Translations under genes and position numbers: made by a program | Notes under the pieces: model-generated | The model's database searches: none | The model's input: the letters and a program-made list of their open reading frames with translations, nothing else | What the model was told of the DNA's origin: nothing | Assembly (NCBI GenBank): GCA_964016885.1 | Contig: OZ024743.1 | Coordinates: forward strand, 367,660,001 to 367,724,000 | DNA: 64,000 nt | Source of the DNA: Eledone cirrhosa | Lineage: Eukaryota | Direction: 5' to 3' | Shown: positions 49,048 to 62,399 of the stretch, piece by piece | How positions within the stretch are numbered: position 1 is the stretch's first letter | How the letters are laid out: each line of letters starts with the position of its first letter

Positions 49048-50456
49048 TTGGCCTCACTAGCCACCCCACTACTGTGTGCGCAGCCCTAACATGGTTAGTG
49101 TTATTGCTGTTTACGCAGTTGTTTTTGTGCGATTGCCTGATGATGGTCGTGGGGTTCTCGCACATGGCCACACCAGCCACCCCACTACTGTGAGCAGTCC
49201 TAACATGGTTAGTGTTATTACTGTTGACGCAGTTGTTGCAATTCTTATTTGTTGTGCTCATAATTTTGGCAGTAGTATATATACTGGTTGGATGCCCTTC
49301 CTAACACCAGCACCACTTTACAGCATAGACTAGGTGCTTTTATTCGAGCCACCAGCACTAGAGAGGTTGTCTTACTGGACTCAGGGGCCCTCTTTACCCC
49401 TCCATTTTACAGCATGGACTGGGTGCTTTTATTTGTGCCACCAGCACTAGAGAGGTCGTCTTACTGGTCTCAGGGGCCCTATCCACCCCTCCATTTTACA
49501 GCATGGACTGGGTGTTTTTATTTGTGCCACCAGCACTAGGGAAGTTGTCTTACTGGACTTTTCTCTACCCCGCACCAATTTATTCGGAGTGGTAGCTCTC
49601 CTAGATAAGTTGCCTACATTGTGGCTTACGGAGCCTCCGTCCGCCCCTCGTTTGTTCTATGATATATTCACGAGGGAGTGGTTAGCATATAGCGTCAACA
49701 TGTATACCGAATGTGGTAGAGGTGGGGTGAGTGGGTGGGAAGTGAGAACCATAATGGCTCACACATAGAATTTTAACAGTTTCCAAGTCACATACACACA
49801 AATATATAAATAAACAAATACAGCCATCTTTACAAAAAGTGAGAGCTCTCACTTTCGTTCAAGCCGTTACATATAATATTTGACCTAATTTTGGAGATAT
49901 GAAAACCTATCTTTAAGAATGTAATGCCGTCATCAAAGCTCAGGAGATGACAATGGTTCACAAGATATAGAATCTAGAAAGGATGGTGGGGGGCATTTAT
50001 AGTCTGAGTTTATGGATGTGTGTAGGTGGGGTTGTTGCTGGTTGTGAGGGTAGATGTGACTTCTGCTATTTGTCTAATCCATTACACGTTGTTATCTGGT
50101 GGGTGTTCCAGGTAACGGTAAATTATCCAGTGAGTAGATTGGTATCATCTGCGGCATGGATGTGCTTGTATGCAGGCAGGGCGAGAGAGTTTCCTCAGGA
50201 TATTGATTAGTAAAGCAAAGATATTTAGCTTTTCTGTTTTACATAAATTACATCTCAATATTGCTATAATACTCCATTGAGTATTGAGTACTCATTCTAA
50301 CGTCTGTCAATAATATATGTATATATTTATATACAGTGCCAGAAGAAAATGTACTTAGTAGAATGCAGTATTGTATGTTGGGCCCTGGCCTATCAAGGAA
50401 TCAATGGCTCCACTTGCTGGCAGGAAAATGGGCATTAAATGATAATGATGATACAT

Positions 50457-50487
<31 letters not shown>

Positions 50488-50738
50488 TATACAAACAAAA
50501 GGGATATTCAATTCATTGGTAATTCAACAAATATAAATGTTTATAACTGATTCAGAGCACTCGACAAGTTTTCTAGAGTATAATATTCAATGATATTAAA
50601 TAAATGGAAACTATATTCATAAAACTAATTTTGACGTAACCAAGAAAAGATACCTTAACGGTTCAAGTTTTCCTTGGAAAACTTGAACCGTTAAGGTATC
50701 TTTTCTTGGTTATGTCAAAATTTATAAAACAAACTTTG

Positions 50739-50799
50739 TATTTTATCTGATGAAAGCGTACCAAAGTTTTGGTACCCTTGAAATATATATAATAGAATA
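50739..50799 (+). ncRNA. Minimal type I hammerhead ribozyme motif (Penelope pLTR type)
   Basis: Stem I tattttat (50739-46) pairs with atagaata (50792-99). CTGATGA at 50747-53. Stem II aag-c-gtaccaaa pairs with tttggtac-c-ctt. GAAA at 50780-83, palindromic TATATA, then TA with predicted cleavage after 50791. Confidence 0.6.
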
Positions 50800-51095
50800 A
50801 ATATGGTTTTATAAATATAGTTTCCATATATTTAATATCATTGTATCATCATCATCATCATCATCATCGTTTAACGTCCGTGTTCCACGCTTGCATGGGT
50901 TTGGACGGGGGTTTTCCCACTTGAGGCAAGAGTGATTATCTTGCTCGCATAGGACTATCTGGCGGGTTTTCTACAGCTGGATGCCCTTCCTAACACCAAC
51001 CACATTTACAGTGTGGGGCTGGGAGGTTTTTACCGTGTTGCCTACACGGCCACATTACAGCGTGAACTGTGTGTTTTTTGACGTGACACCTACAC

Positions 51096-51138
<43 letters not shown>

Positions 51139-51141
<3 letters not shown>

Positions 51142-51600
51142 TCATCATCATTTTTTCATGCTTGCATGGGTTGGATGGGTCCTTCTCAGCACACCATCTC
51201 TCCACTCGCCACATTCCTTTGTCATCTCCTTTGTGAGTCTCAGAGATTTGAGGTCAGCTCTCACCATCTCTGCTCAGGTGTTTCTTGGTCTACCTCTACT
51301 GTGTCTTCCTTTCATTTCTTTACCCAGGGATCATCATCCATACTCACCACATGTCTGTATCCACACCAATTCGGATTTCTCTTAAACCCAACTTCTCCCT
51401 CAGTTCGTCCAAGCTTTGCCTGCCTTTTGCTCACATTTACATTGCATATCCAAAGAAGAATGGTTGCTTCATTATGTTGTCATCAGTGTGAGTAGCTCTC
51501 TAAACTTTTTCCATCCTATCCTTATTCTAGATATTATGCTCTCAGAGCACCCTCCTCCACTGCTAATTAAGTCAATTATATAGCAGAAGTTATCAACTGC
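51139..51600 (-). mobile_element. RTE 3' fragment with its tail abutting (TA)n
   Basis: (TA)~20 then (CAT)n tail and the reverse-complement RTE C-terminus. Confidence 0.75.
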
Positions 51601-52767
51601 TTTTAATGACCCTTCCTGTGACTATCACAGACATTCTTCCCCTCAATTACTCTTGCATATGTTCTGTAGTAAAGAAAGAGAGAGAGTATGAAGTAAGTTT
51701 AGTGAGGAATTCAAGGTACAAGTACCAGTTCATCAAGGTTCAGCATAACTATGCTTCAATTAATGTGAAATTCTGTCAACTATCAACCTAGCTTTAACTA
51801 TTAGTGATGATAATTTGTTATTAAGTGTCATCATCACTGTTTAACGTCTATTTTTCCATGCTCGCATGAGTTAGACAGATTGTCATAAATTAAGACTAAA
51901 CTGGTCAGGTGACCATCTCTTGCACATGTGCTCCATTTTTAGCTGTGTCTCTCTGGATGGTCTGGATGACCTTCCTAATGCCAACCACTTTAAGGTGTAT
52001 ATGAGAAGAATGTTATCATGCCTCTGGTGCTACACCCTACAGGGTTACCCGACTGCTTTTGGTTGTAGCACCAGTATTACCACCTTGCAAAGTGGACTGT
52101 CGTTTTACAGAGTAGGTTGGGTGCATTTTTATTGTAGCACCAGCATTAAGGAGCATTAATGGGAGATGGGGAACATTGAAGAGAGTTGGGGGATCATACC
52201 ACCTCGGGAGAGCAAGGGTCATGGAAGTAGTCATGTAAGATTATGGCGGTGGCCTAACACATCAGAGGCAAATGTAGGAATGCCCCATTTTCTGCAGCTT
52301 ATCATCAATGAGAAATAATAATAAAGTGATTGGTTTAGCATCAGTAATTGAAAGTAGAGTGAAATGATTTAAAGAAGTGTTATTTCAATATTGAGTATAG
52401 CATTATCTACTGTTGCTTTGAAAATAGAATCAAGTGATTTGAAGAAACATTATTTCAAAGTTGGACACGGTGTAATCTAATTTTTTTTTTTAATAGGATT
52501 AAAATATATTCTGGTCCTTAAGATAAGACATAGACTTTGAGATGCAGTTTTGATTGAATTGTTGATATGTAGATAAGAGAGCTCATCAAAAATTATAAAT
52601 CACACCATTTGTAAATCTTGTGGAGGTTCTAGTTAATCATGAGTAGAAATGTTTAGTGTTGTAAGTATTTAGTGACAGCATTTTTGTATTGTTGAAGGAC
52701 ACCATGTTATCATATCCACATTAGAGAATGATGTGTCTAGATTGTATGTCTAAATATCATTAACGGT

Positions 52768-53868
52768 TGCTGTCAGTAAAGTGAGAGTAGGAATGGAGTT
52801 TAGTGAGGAATTCCAGATACAAGTAGGTGTACATCAGGGTTCGGTCTTCAGCCCACTCTTGTTCATTATAGTCCTCCAAGCCATAACAGAGGAGCTTAAG
52901 ACTGGATGCCTATGGAAACTTCTCTATGCTGATGATCTGGTTCTTATAGCAGAATCAGTAGAGGAGCTAGAGAATAAATTCTGGCTATGGAAGCAGCAGT
53001 TGGAATCAGGAGGACTGAGAGTGAACATAGCTAAGACAAAAGTGTTGATGAGTAGAAAAGAGGACAAAACTCTGATTCCATCGGGGAAATGGCCATGTTC
53101 GATATGTAGGAAAGGAACTGGCATAAATTCCATAAAATGTATGCAATGCAGATCTTGGGTACACGAGATGTAGCAGGATAGCAGGCAAACTAACAGGTAG
53201 GGAAAACTACGTATGCAGTAGATGTACAGGGAAAGTTGGCAGTAGTAATCGCAGTGATAGACACATTTTTCCAATGCAGGTAGGTTCTATAGAAGTGGTT
53301 GATAGCTTCCGGTACCTAGGTGATCAGATTAGTATGGTGTTCCGAGGCCATAGTATCTAGAATAAGGATGGGTTGGAAGAAATTTAAGGAGCTGCTTCCT
53401 CTGTTAACAAAGAAGGGTTTCTCCCTGCGTATGAAAGGACGGTTATATGATGCCTGTGTGAGATGCGCGATGCTGCATGGTAGTGAGGCATGGGCAGCAA
53501 CTACAGAGGATATGCAACGGTTGGAGAGAAATGAAGCAAGCATGCTTCGTTGGATGTGCAATGTCAATGTGCGTGAATGACCAAGCATAGATGTGTTGAG
53601 AGAGAAACTGGGTATAAGAGGGATAAGTTGTGGTGTGCAGGAGAGAAGGCTGAGATGGTATGGACATCTGATGCGCATGGAGGATGACCGCTGGGTAAAG
53701 AAGTGCCACGAAAAACATGGGTGGAGGAGGTGAGAGCAGACATCAGATTGCTGAAACTCACCAAGGAGATGACGAAGGACCGTGATAAGTGGAGAGATGC
53801 TGTGCTGAATAGGACCCATCCAACCTTTGCAAGCAGGGAAAAGCGGACGTAAAATGATGATGATGATG
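52768..53868 (+). mobile_element. RTE LINE (PHD-in-RT family), 5'-truncated
   Basis: GVHQGSVFSPLLF, YADDL, GKWPCSICRK..CMQCRSWVH and tail gacgtaaaatgatgatgatg. Confidence 0.9.
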
Positions 53869-56229
53869 AGTGAAGGGTTAGATAGTAAATTAGCAGAAGC
53901 TTTAAAATGTCAGACAAATGCCGAGCAGTATTTATTCCAGTCTTTTGAATGCTGAGTACAAATCTTGCCACAGTCGACTTTGCCTTTCACCCGTTTGAAG
54001 TCAATAAATAAAGTACCAATGAGCTAGCAGAGTTGTTAAAGCATCAGATAAAATATCTTGTAATTATGTACTCTGAATTTTTGTGTTCTAAGTTCAAGGC
54101 CCGCTGTGGCCTATCTGTGTGGTTGACTTAATTGGTAGCCTAGTTTAACACCAGCACCTAACTTTTGGGCACTGTTAACAGAGTCTACTGTTGCAAGTAT
54201 TCAATTTAGGTCGCTAGTTTGAGGATAGCTTCTTCCCACACTCTCACCGGATTTGAAAGTTTCTGAAAAGGACCATGGATACTGTCTAATTTCTTGACTA
54301 AGCAATAAATGAAATATCATTGACATAAGAGTGTGTTTGGTTGGAGACAACATTGAAAAGGTCATTGAGCAGAGAAAGAAGAATGGAGAACATAACTGAA
54401 CTGAGATGTGAACTCAAAGATAACTCATGTCTAAATTTGACAATGGTTACTTTTCCTTAATGAAAGGGTTAAAAGACTAATTATTGTATTCATTATGCCC
54501 AGGACTGTGAAGTCAGTACACAAAAACTTTAACTCTGACTCATCAATTTATGATATCACCTCCTTTATTTGTAAGTAGACTAATCATATATTTCTTATTT
54601 TCATTGAAAGCACACAACATACACAGCCAATCTGCATCTTCAGGGTACATTTTGGGTTTAAAGGCTATGCCATTGTGTGTTTTTATATTATTTATACAAA
54701 TAATTAAGCATACAACAAAACATAAACAATTAATAAAAGGGTGTTTTTATCAAAAGCAAGAAAGAGGATTTAAAAAAAAAAAATTTTTAATTCTGTAAAA
54801 GAAAATCAGAAACATTTTTACCAATTCAAAAATCTAAAGTACATCAACATTAAAACTAAAAGATTGAACACCTAAAGCAACATAACAAATGACTATTTTA
54901 AAAGAAATAAACTAAATTAGATAATAACACTGCATTTTCAATTAAAAAATTGTTTTTATATAAAATTTAAATTGTTTGTATATAGAATTTAAGAGAATGC
55001 AACATGAAAGATTAAATCAAATATTCTACATTTTGAATTATTTGTATTACTATAAATTTATCATGAGAATAAAAAATATGGATAAATCAAATTAGTATCA
55101 GTGAAATTGAAAATTTTAACACATTGCAGTGTATATTTAGTGGGAGTTAGAGTCTGTTCATTTTTACCAACTCCAACTCTGATTTCAGTAACCCAATAAT
55201 TGCTTCTGACACACACACATATGCCTGACTCTGATATTGAAAGACTCAAAATATGCAATGATCCCAGGTTCCATCACTGATGATGCATTCCAGCTCATCC
55301 AGATATTTCTTACACACTGAAAGGTGACTTAGCCAGTGAGAATTAGGGATAGACTAGATGACAACCAAGTACAGTACAATGACAACTGAAGTGACACTCA
55401 ATGGCAAAGATATGGTTAACAGCATACAAGCTAAAAGCAAAGGTGAAACTGAAAGCTGATGCCATACAATGGCTGTCTATTATTGTTAGTTACACCTAGG
55501 GTAGAATTGCGCATGAGAAGAGGAAGAAAGAGAGCCAGAAGGCAAGTTGTTTGTTGCCAATACTTTTGGCTTTACAAAACAATTACATGAATACAGGTGC
55601 AGTAGCCATTTCATGTGCCCAACAGCAGAAGTTATTATTTCCTCCCATACATCCTCAATGGTCTAATGAGTGATTATAAGCCCCCTTACTCCTCATAACA
55701 ATAGACTTCAGTCTGAAGGAACCAAGTCTGAAGGAGATAAACTTAGCCTCTGAAGCCTATCCTATGTTTTACAAGCATTGACAATTCTATTAAATATAGG
55801 TTCAGAGAATATTTATGTGATGTATATGAAAAGGAGGAGAATTATAGCTATGAAATAGAAGGCAGCTGGAGGTTTCTCTGGGATAAACTGTTGTGAGCCA
55901 CTGGTAGCATTTGTGGCTAGAGTAAGTTACAAACCAGATGAAAGGTGATTTGGTGGTAGAATAGTATTGTACATAGAACCATATAAATCCAAAAGACAGT
56001 TCTGGAAAGACTGGAAGAATAAGTGCAGCAAAAAACAAGAAGCTAGAATAAGAATAAGGAGCTACTACATTTGTTGGCAACAAACGGGTTCTCTCTCTAA
56101 GTGAAGGGTAAACTAAATGATGTCTGTGTAAGAAGGGTGATGTTACATAGCAGTGTGATATGGATAGTGAATACAGAGAATATGCTAAGGCTGAAGAGAA
56201 ATTAATCAAAAATGCTCTAATAGATATGT

Positions 56230-58352
56230 AATGTTAATGTGCATGGAAGACAAAATATAGAGGGACTGAGAGAAAAGCTGGGTGTAACAGGAATCAAATG
56301 TTATGTGCAAGAGGGATGATTATGCTGGTTTAGATATGTAAAGTGTAAGGATGATAATTGCTGAGTGAAGTAACGCCAGGAGTTCTAAGTGGTAGGAAGG
56401 AAGCCACAGAAGAGAAAGACCAAGAAAGTCATGGGTTGAGGTAATGAAAGCTGAATTTAAGAAACTGAACCCCACAATGGTAAAATTGGAGAGATGATGT
56501 ACTGTATAAAACTCATGGGAAAATGAACATAAAAATGATGATATATATATATTCCAATCATTGCAGATATTCTGCATTCAAGATCTCACTTTTGCTATTA
56601 TACAGTGTCAGACTTTGTACGCAAGCTTTATAGAGACCATCACTCCAAGAGTAAAACTTTTTGTTACCAGCAAAGATAACAGCTCCATGAATTTTTCCAG
56701 CCTGTTTTTATTCTGGCTACTATATTTCAGTATACCCACCTCTACTACTTCTAGTGCACCTTCCAAGGGTTTTAGGGAATTTGTTTCATATGTGTTTTTA
56801 TTGCCAACCATTTCTGAGCATTGACTTTTTTGTCAGCCTGACAGTAATACCACAACAGTTCTTGTGATCCATAGGTTACACTGGTATGAAATTTCTGCAT
56901 GTCCCTTTCTTGCATAGTAAGCAGGATCACTTTCTAAATGGTATCAGGATCATGTCTTCTTTCCTACTTTCTAAGGTTATGGTCTTTCCTAAATCTACAC
57001 TGAAACCTTTCGATTCCAGATTTTGTTTCCATGTCAGAAATTTTATCTCTAATGCTTCTAGACTTTCAACAATGATAACTAGGTCATCAATATGCAGAAG
57101 TTTCCATGGACAGCCAGTCGTAAACTCTTGTTATAGCCTAAAGGACTATAATAAATAGCAAGGGGCTCAGGATTGAGTTTTGATGAACCCCAATCTGCAT
57201 GATAAATTTGTCACTTTACCCATTTCTGATTGTGCCTCTGAACATGGCTTGTAGAACAGTTACCAACCATTTGTCTATGCCTAGCTTCTTTAGCACTTTC
57301 CAGATCATAGTGTGTGATACTTCATCGAAAAACCTTTCTAGATGTACAAATGCTAAGTATAGGGACTTATTTCTTGCATTTATCTCACTAGGAAGATAGC
57401 ATCAGTAGTAACTCTTCCTGGTACAAATCTGAACTGCATTTCATCTGCTTTCATTTTGCTTCTGATTATGTATAATACACACAGATATCATTCATCAATC
57501 TTCATTCTGACTAAGCACATAACAACCTCTCTAGTGCTGATGGTATAAGAAGATGCACCCAGTATACTCTGTAAAGTGACTGGCATTAGGAAGAGCATCT
57601 AGCTACATAAAAATATGGCATGTATTTGCAAGACATGGTTATCTAACCATGTCTTGTCTCGGTGGGTGATGACCCATACAACCCATACCAATATGGAAAG
57701 TAAATATAAAATGATGATGATGGTGATGATGATCAAGCTTTTATCACCTCATCCAAAATCTTCTTGGGTCTTCCCACTCCAAGGCTTCCATCAACTTAAT
57801 AATATTGTTATTACACATCCATCGGAGCATGCAAGCATCATTACTTTCCAACCTACGCGAGTCTTCTGTACACAGTGCCCAGGTCTCACTACCATGCAAC
57901 ATTGCTGTTCATATACACGCACCATACAGTCTGCATTTCATTTTGAGGGAAAAGCTTTTTGTAGCCAACAGCGGTATTAGCTCCCTGAACTTCTTCCATC
58001 TCGTTCTTACTCTGGTTACTGTACTTTCAGAACACCCACCTCTGCTGTTAATTTGGTTACCTTGGTAGCAGAAGCTGTCTATGGTTTCTACAGAGCCCTC
58101 CCAGAATTTGGTAGCGCTTGTTTCCTGCGGTCGCTTGCTGCTTACTGTCCCGGTGCAACTGCTACATGTAAAGCCTACATTCTTAGCTAAACTTCCTGAG
58201 ATCCCACTACATCTCTTGTGTACCTATAGTCTGCATATGGGGCAGAGGATGGAGTTTCTACCTACACCTTTCCTACATACTGAGCAAGGCCATTTCCATG
58301 AGAGGAACTGGGTTCTGTTTTCTCTTCTACTTACTAGGACCTTAGTCTTTGT
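56230..58352. mobile_element. Cluster of old RTE fragments: 56230-56545(+), 56560-57470(-), 57755-58352(-)
   Basis: The antisense ORFs match those of the younger copies (e.g. PLHLLCT, SSLNFF..VLSEHPP). The + piece ends in atgatga followed by (TA)n. Confidence 0.7.
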
Positions 58353-58539
58353 CAGATCATGGACCTGATAACTGCTCTAGTGCTGATGCCAACATAAAAT
58401 CCACCCAATGCACTCTGCAATGTAACAGTGCTGGTGTCACTATAAAATGCACCCAGTGCACTCTGAAAAGTGATAGTGCTTATGCCACAATAAAATACTC
58501 CTAGAACATTTCGTAAAGTGGTAGTGCTGGTAGACTTTG

Positions 58540-60790
58540 ATGGAGGATGGAAGCTTCACATTTCAGGTATGATGCCAGAAAAGACTGCACAGGTGGGTAT
58601 GGGGATACTCACAATTACCTGGCTATTGAAATATGTGAGGGAGGCTGAAAAAAGGCCTCTGTGGGGGGTGCAAGTTTATGAGCTAATCAGAGAGTCTGAA
58701 TAAAGATCTTTCTTTGATGAAGTCACAGGAGCATTAAATGTAGTTAAGACTGAATCATATATCTGGATAGGAAGCTTTAATGCATATGTTGACACAGACT
58801 ACCTTAAATGGAAAGGAATGATTGGAAAGAATGGTACACCCAATCTAAATGTGAACAGAGGTGTTATTAGACTTCTGTTCTAACAATGAGCTCTCTGTTA
58901 TGAACACCTTCCAGCACAGAGGCATACATAAGTATACATGGTATAAGGGGAATCAGGGACAGAGATCAGTAATTAATTATTTTTTTTTAATTGTCTCTGA
59001 TCTTTTTGATTCTGTTCATGTTAAGAGAGGGGCTGAGCTGTCAACTGATCACCATCTACTTAACTGCAACCCGAGACTGCATAAAGTCAAGAAAACCCAT
59101 AAAACTGGCAGGTGTTGCTTGACCTACAGGATAAAGTTGGAAGAGTTGGCTGATGAGGTGGTTAGGATCAGGTATGTGAACACTACTGCATCCAAAGTCA
59201 GAGAACTGAGGACATGAAATGGAGTGGAAATGGCTTCAGCTGTTATATGCTGTAGGCAAAAGTGACTCAGTGTGGTACTGGGTGGCAGGAGGACCTTCCT
59301 GGTTCAATCAAGAGGTTAAAGATGCTCTATGAGCAAAGAAGGCAGCTTACAAAGCAAAGCTTGGATATGTCTTTTTTTCTTACAATTGTAGTACAAGCAA
59401 GTATGGAAAGTAGCAGCAGAGACAGTAATGGTGTCCAAGGGTAAGAAATGAGAGGACTTTGGTGTTAAGCTGGAATCCAACTTTAGATCAGCAAAGCATT
59501 CTGGCAGACCATCCATCAACTTCATAATAAGAAGTCTCTTTCCATACCTGTTATCAGGAACTTGTCTGGGGCTCTTCTCTTTGAAGAAAGGAACATACTA
59601 ATGAGGTGGTGAGAATACTTTGCTGATCTCCTCAATCTGGTCAGAACAACATTTGATGTACCTGAGATGCATCTAGGGGTGAAGACTAACCTCCCGGAAA
59701 CTGAGGTCTTCAGAGCAGTTAACACGCCCTGGTAAAGTATATGCCAAGTGCCTGGCAAATATCTAATATTCACTCTGTGAAATCTTTGGAGTATTGCCAA
59801 GAGGTATAAGCTTGTTTTGTTGAAAAGGTATACAACCAACAGCTTCTTGTTGCCTTAAAGTTCTGATACAAATACCCTAGTATTAAAACCATTCAATATG
59901 CGTGTGTATTGTCACATCAACTGTTCATAATCTTCATGAATAGAATTGACATGCACAGCCTGATTGGAAGAGGTATCAAAACTGCCAGGTGTAGGATCAG
60001 TCAGCTGGAATTTACAGATGTCATGGTACTACTTAGCTCATCAGAAGATCTCCAACATGCACTGGATAGGTTCTCTGCCAAGTGCTGAACAGTAGGAATA
60101 AAAATCATTGTTGTGAAGACTGAGATACTCATCCTCTCTAGAAAGCATGTACAGTGCACTTTGCATGTGACTGGGGTTACACAGAAGCAGGTGAAGAGTT
60201 CAAGTATCTCTGGGCTGTTTTCCTGTGTGATGGAAGGCAGAAGGCTGAATTAAATGAAAGAATTGTTGAAGTTGGTATAGTAATGTGCCAGCTTCAGCAT
60301 TTGGTCATCAGAAAAAGGGAGGTAGGTATAAAAGCCAAACTCACTATCTTTAATTTGGTGTGTGTGCTTACCCTTATCTATGATCATGAAGCTTGGGTAA
60401 TGACTGAAAGAATATGATCGTGAATACAAACAACCGAAATAGGGTTCCTTGGAAGGGTCTTTGAGGTAACATTACTCAATAGAGTTCAGAGATCAGAGAG
60501 ATGCTCCACATAGAGATGTTACTTCTCTGTCTAAGGAAAGAATCACTGGAGAGATTTTACAGGCAAAATCAAACAGCAGGAAACTCAGATGTAGAACATA
60601 AGCGAAATGGTTGGACAACATGAATGAGTTCAGTTGGCCTTCCTTCGGGAGCAAGCTGGATCAGTTGGAGAAGGAAGCTTATGATTAGTACTCTCTGGAA
60701 AGCCAATCTGAGGACTCTGCCCTTATGACTCTCCCAGGAATAAGTTGGAGAAGCAGGAGAAGACGAGGACAACGAAGAAGAAAAAGGAGG
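58540..60790 (+). mobile_element. Rex3/Expander-like RTE LINE, decayed (APE plus RT, no PHD insert)
   Basis: LLDFCSNNELSVMNTFQHRGIHKYTWY..RSVINY..VKRGAELSTDHHL and EEFKYL..AKLTIF..LIYDHEAWVMTER. (GAA)-like tail. Confidence 0.82.
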
Positions 60791-61349
60791 TGATGATCAT
60801 GATGCACCCAGTACACTCTGCAAAGTTGTTGTGCACTGGTGCCATGATAGAATGCATTCTGTACACTCTGTAATGTCGTTGGTATTAGGAAGAGCATGCA
60901 GCTGTGAAAACCTTGCTAAAATATGGAATGTATGAGTAAGATGTAGTTATTCACCCATGTCTAGTCTTGGACCATGGCCACCAGTCCAACTCCATAGATA
61001 GGAATAATCTTTTCAAATGTTGAACCAGTCTTTCTAAGGCTGGTCAGGTTAGCCACTCAAAGTTACATTAACCGAAACAAGTTAATGGTAACACCTGAAA
61101 GAACATAGGTTTGCTCATCATTTAACAAACGTTTTTCTATTGGAGGCATATGTTTGTGCAAAATGGTGATGATTCAGCATTGCATTTAACTGAGAAGAGA
61201 CATTTATGCAATGTGTAGTAAAAGCTATAAATTATAAGCTGAGTTAAAGTGTCATTTTTCACTTTGCTGCTCATTAACAAACAATGGTCATGCTCAGGAA
61301 TATATATATATTTATATATAAACACACATATATAAATGGTGCTAAATTG

Positions 61350-62287
61350 AAACCATTCAATGTGGGAGTCTGATTCGGACAAGGATGCATATTGTCACCT
61401 CTCTTGTTCATAATTTCCATGAAAAGGGTTGAGATACGGAGCCAGGTTGAAAGTGGTATTACGACTGGCGGATGTAAAATCAGTCAGCTGGAATTTGCAG
61501 ACATGGTGTTATGGTGTTACATAACTCGACAGGTAATCTCTGACTTGCACTTGATAAGTTTGATGCTGAGTGCTGCATGGCTGGAATGAAAATCAATGCT
61601 GTGAAAACTGAGATATTTGTCCTTTCAAGGAAGCTTATGGATTACACTCTACATGTGAATGAAGTTCCACTGAATCAAGTAGAGTAGTTCATGTATCTTG
61701 GGTCCATGTTCATGAGTGATGGAAGGTAAGAAGCTGAATTAATTGCAAGAAGTGCAGGAGATGGTGCAGTAATGCACCAGCTTCAGCATTCAGTAATGAG
61801 GAGAAGGGAGATAGGTGTAAAAGCCAAACTCGCTATCTTCAATTCAGTATTCATGCCAACCTTTACCTATGGTCATGAATTTTGGATAATGACCGAAAGA
61901 ATGTGATAGTGAATACAATCAGCTGAAATCGGGGGCCTCCAAAGGGTCTTTCGAGCAACGGTACTCAATAGAATGCGTAGTTCAGAGATCAGAGAGTCAC
62001 TCCAGGTAGAGTCGCTACTTCTCTGAATAGAGAGAACACCGCTCCAATACTATCGGCATGTGGTTAGAATATTTCAAGAAAGAATCGATGGATAGATTTT
62101 AAGGGCAAAACCAACTGGCAGGAGACCCAAGGGTAGACCCTGAGCAAGATTGTTGGATAACATCCATGAGCTTGGCTGATCCAGCCGGATTAGTTGGACA
62201 CTGTTGCTTCTGACAGGACCCGCTGGAAGAAGTATTTGAGGTCTCTGCCTCCACGATCATCTCAGGAATAAGTGGCCGAAGAAGAAT
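61350..62287 (+). mobile_element. Rex3/Expander-like RTE LINE 3' part
   Basis: QGCILSPLLFI..SQLEFAD..TFTYGHEFWIMTER. The tail gaagaagaa runs into (TA)n, and a TA-rich tract also lies upstream. Confidence 0.82.
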
Positions 62288-62399
62288 ATATATATATATA
62301 TATTTTACATATATTGTGTGGGTGTAAGAGACAAATAAAAAAATATGTACGATGTGCTATCAAACTTTTCTAGTCTCCAAAAGTATGTTATGGACCATA

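Noticed and set aside
49135-49175. CTGATGA followed by a stem, a possible hammerhead
   Set aside because: No GAAA core follows the stem.
48578-49261. 227-aa ORF suggesting a novel N-terminal fusion to RT
   Set aside because: The N-terminal part is a tandem-duplicated non-coding flank that happens to be in frame with a truncated RTE.
54105-54420. Possible Tc1/mariner or other transposase fragment, and similar coding-looking stretches at 31200-31660 and 49900-50300
   Set aside because: Only vague motif resemblance, too degraded to call without a translated search.
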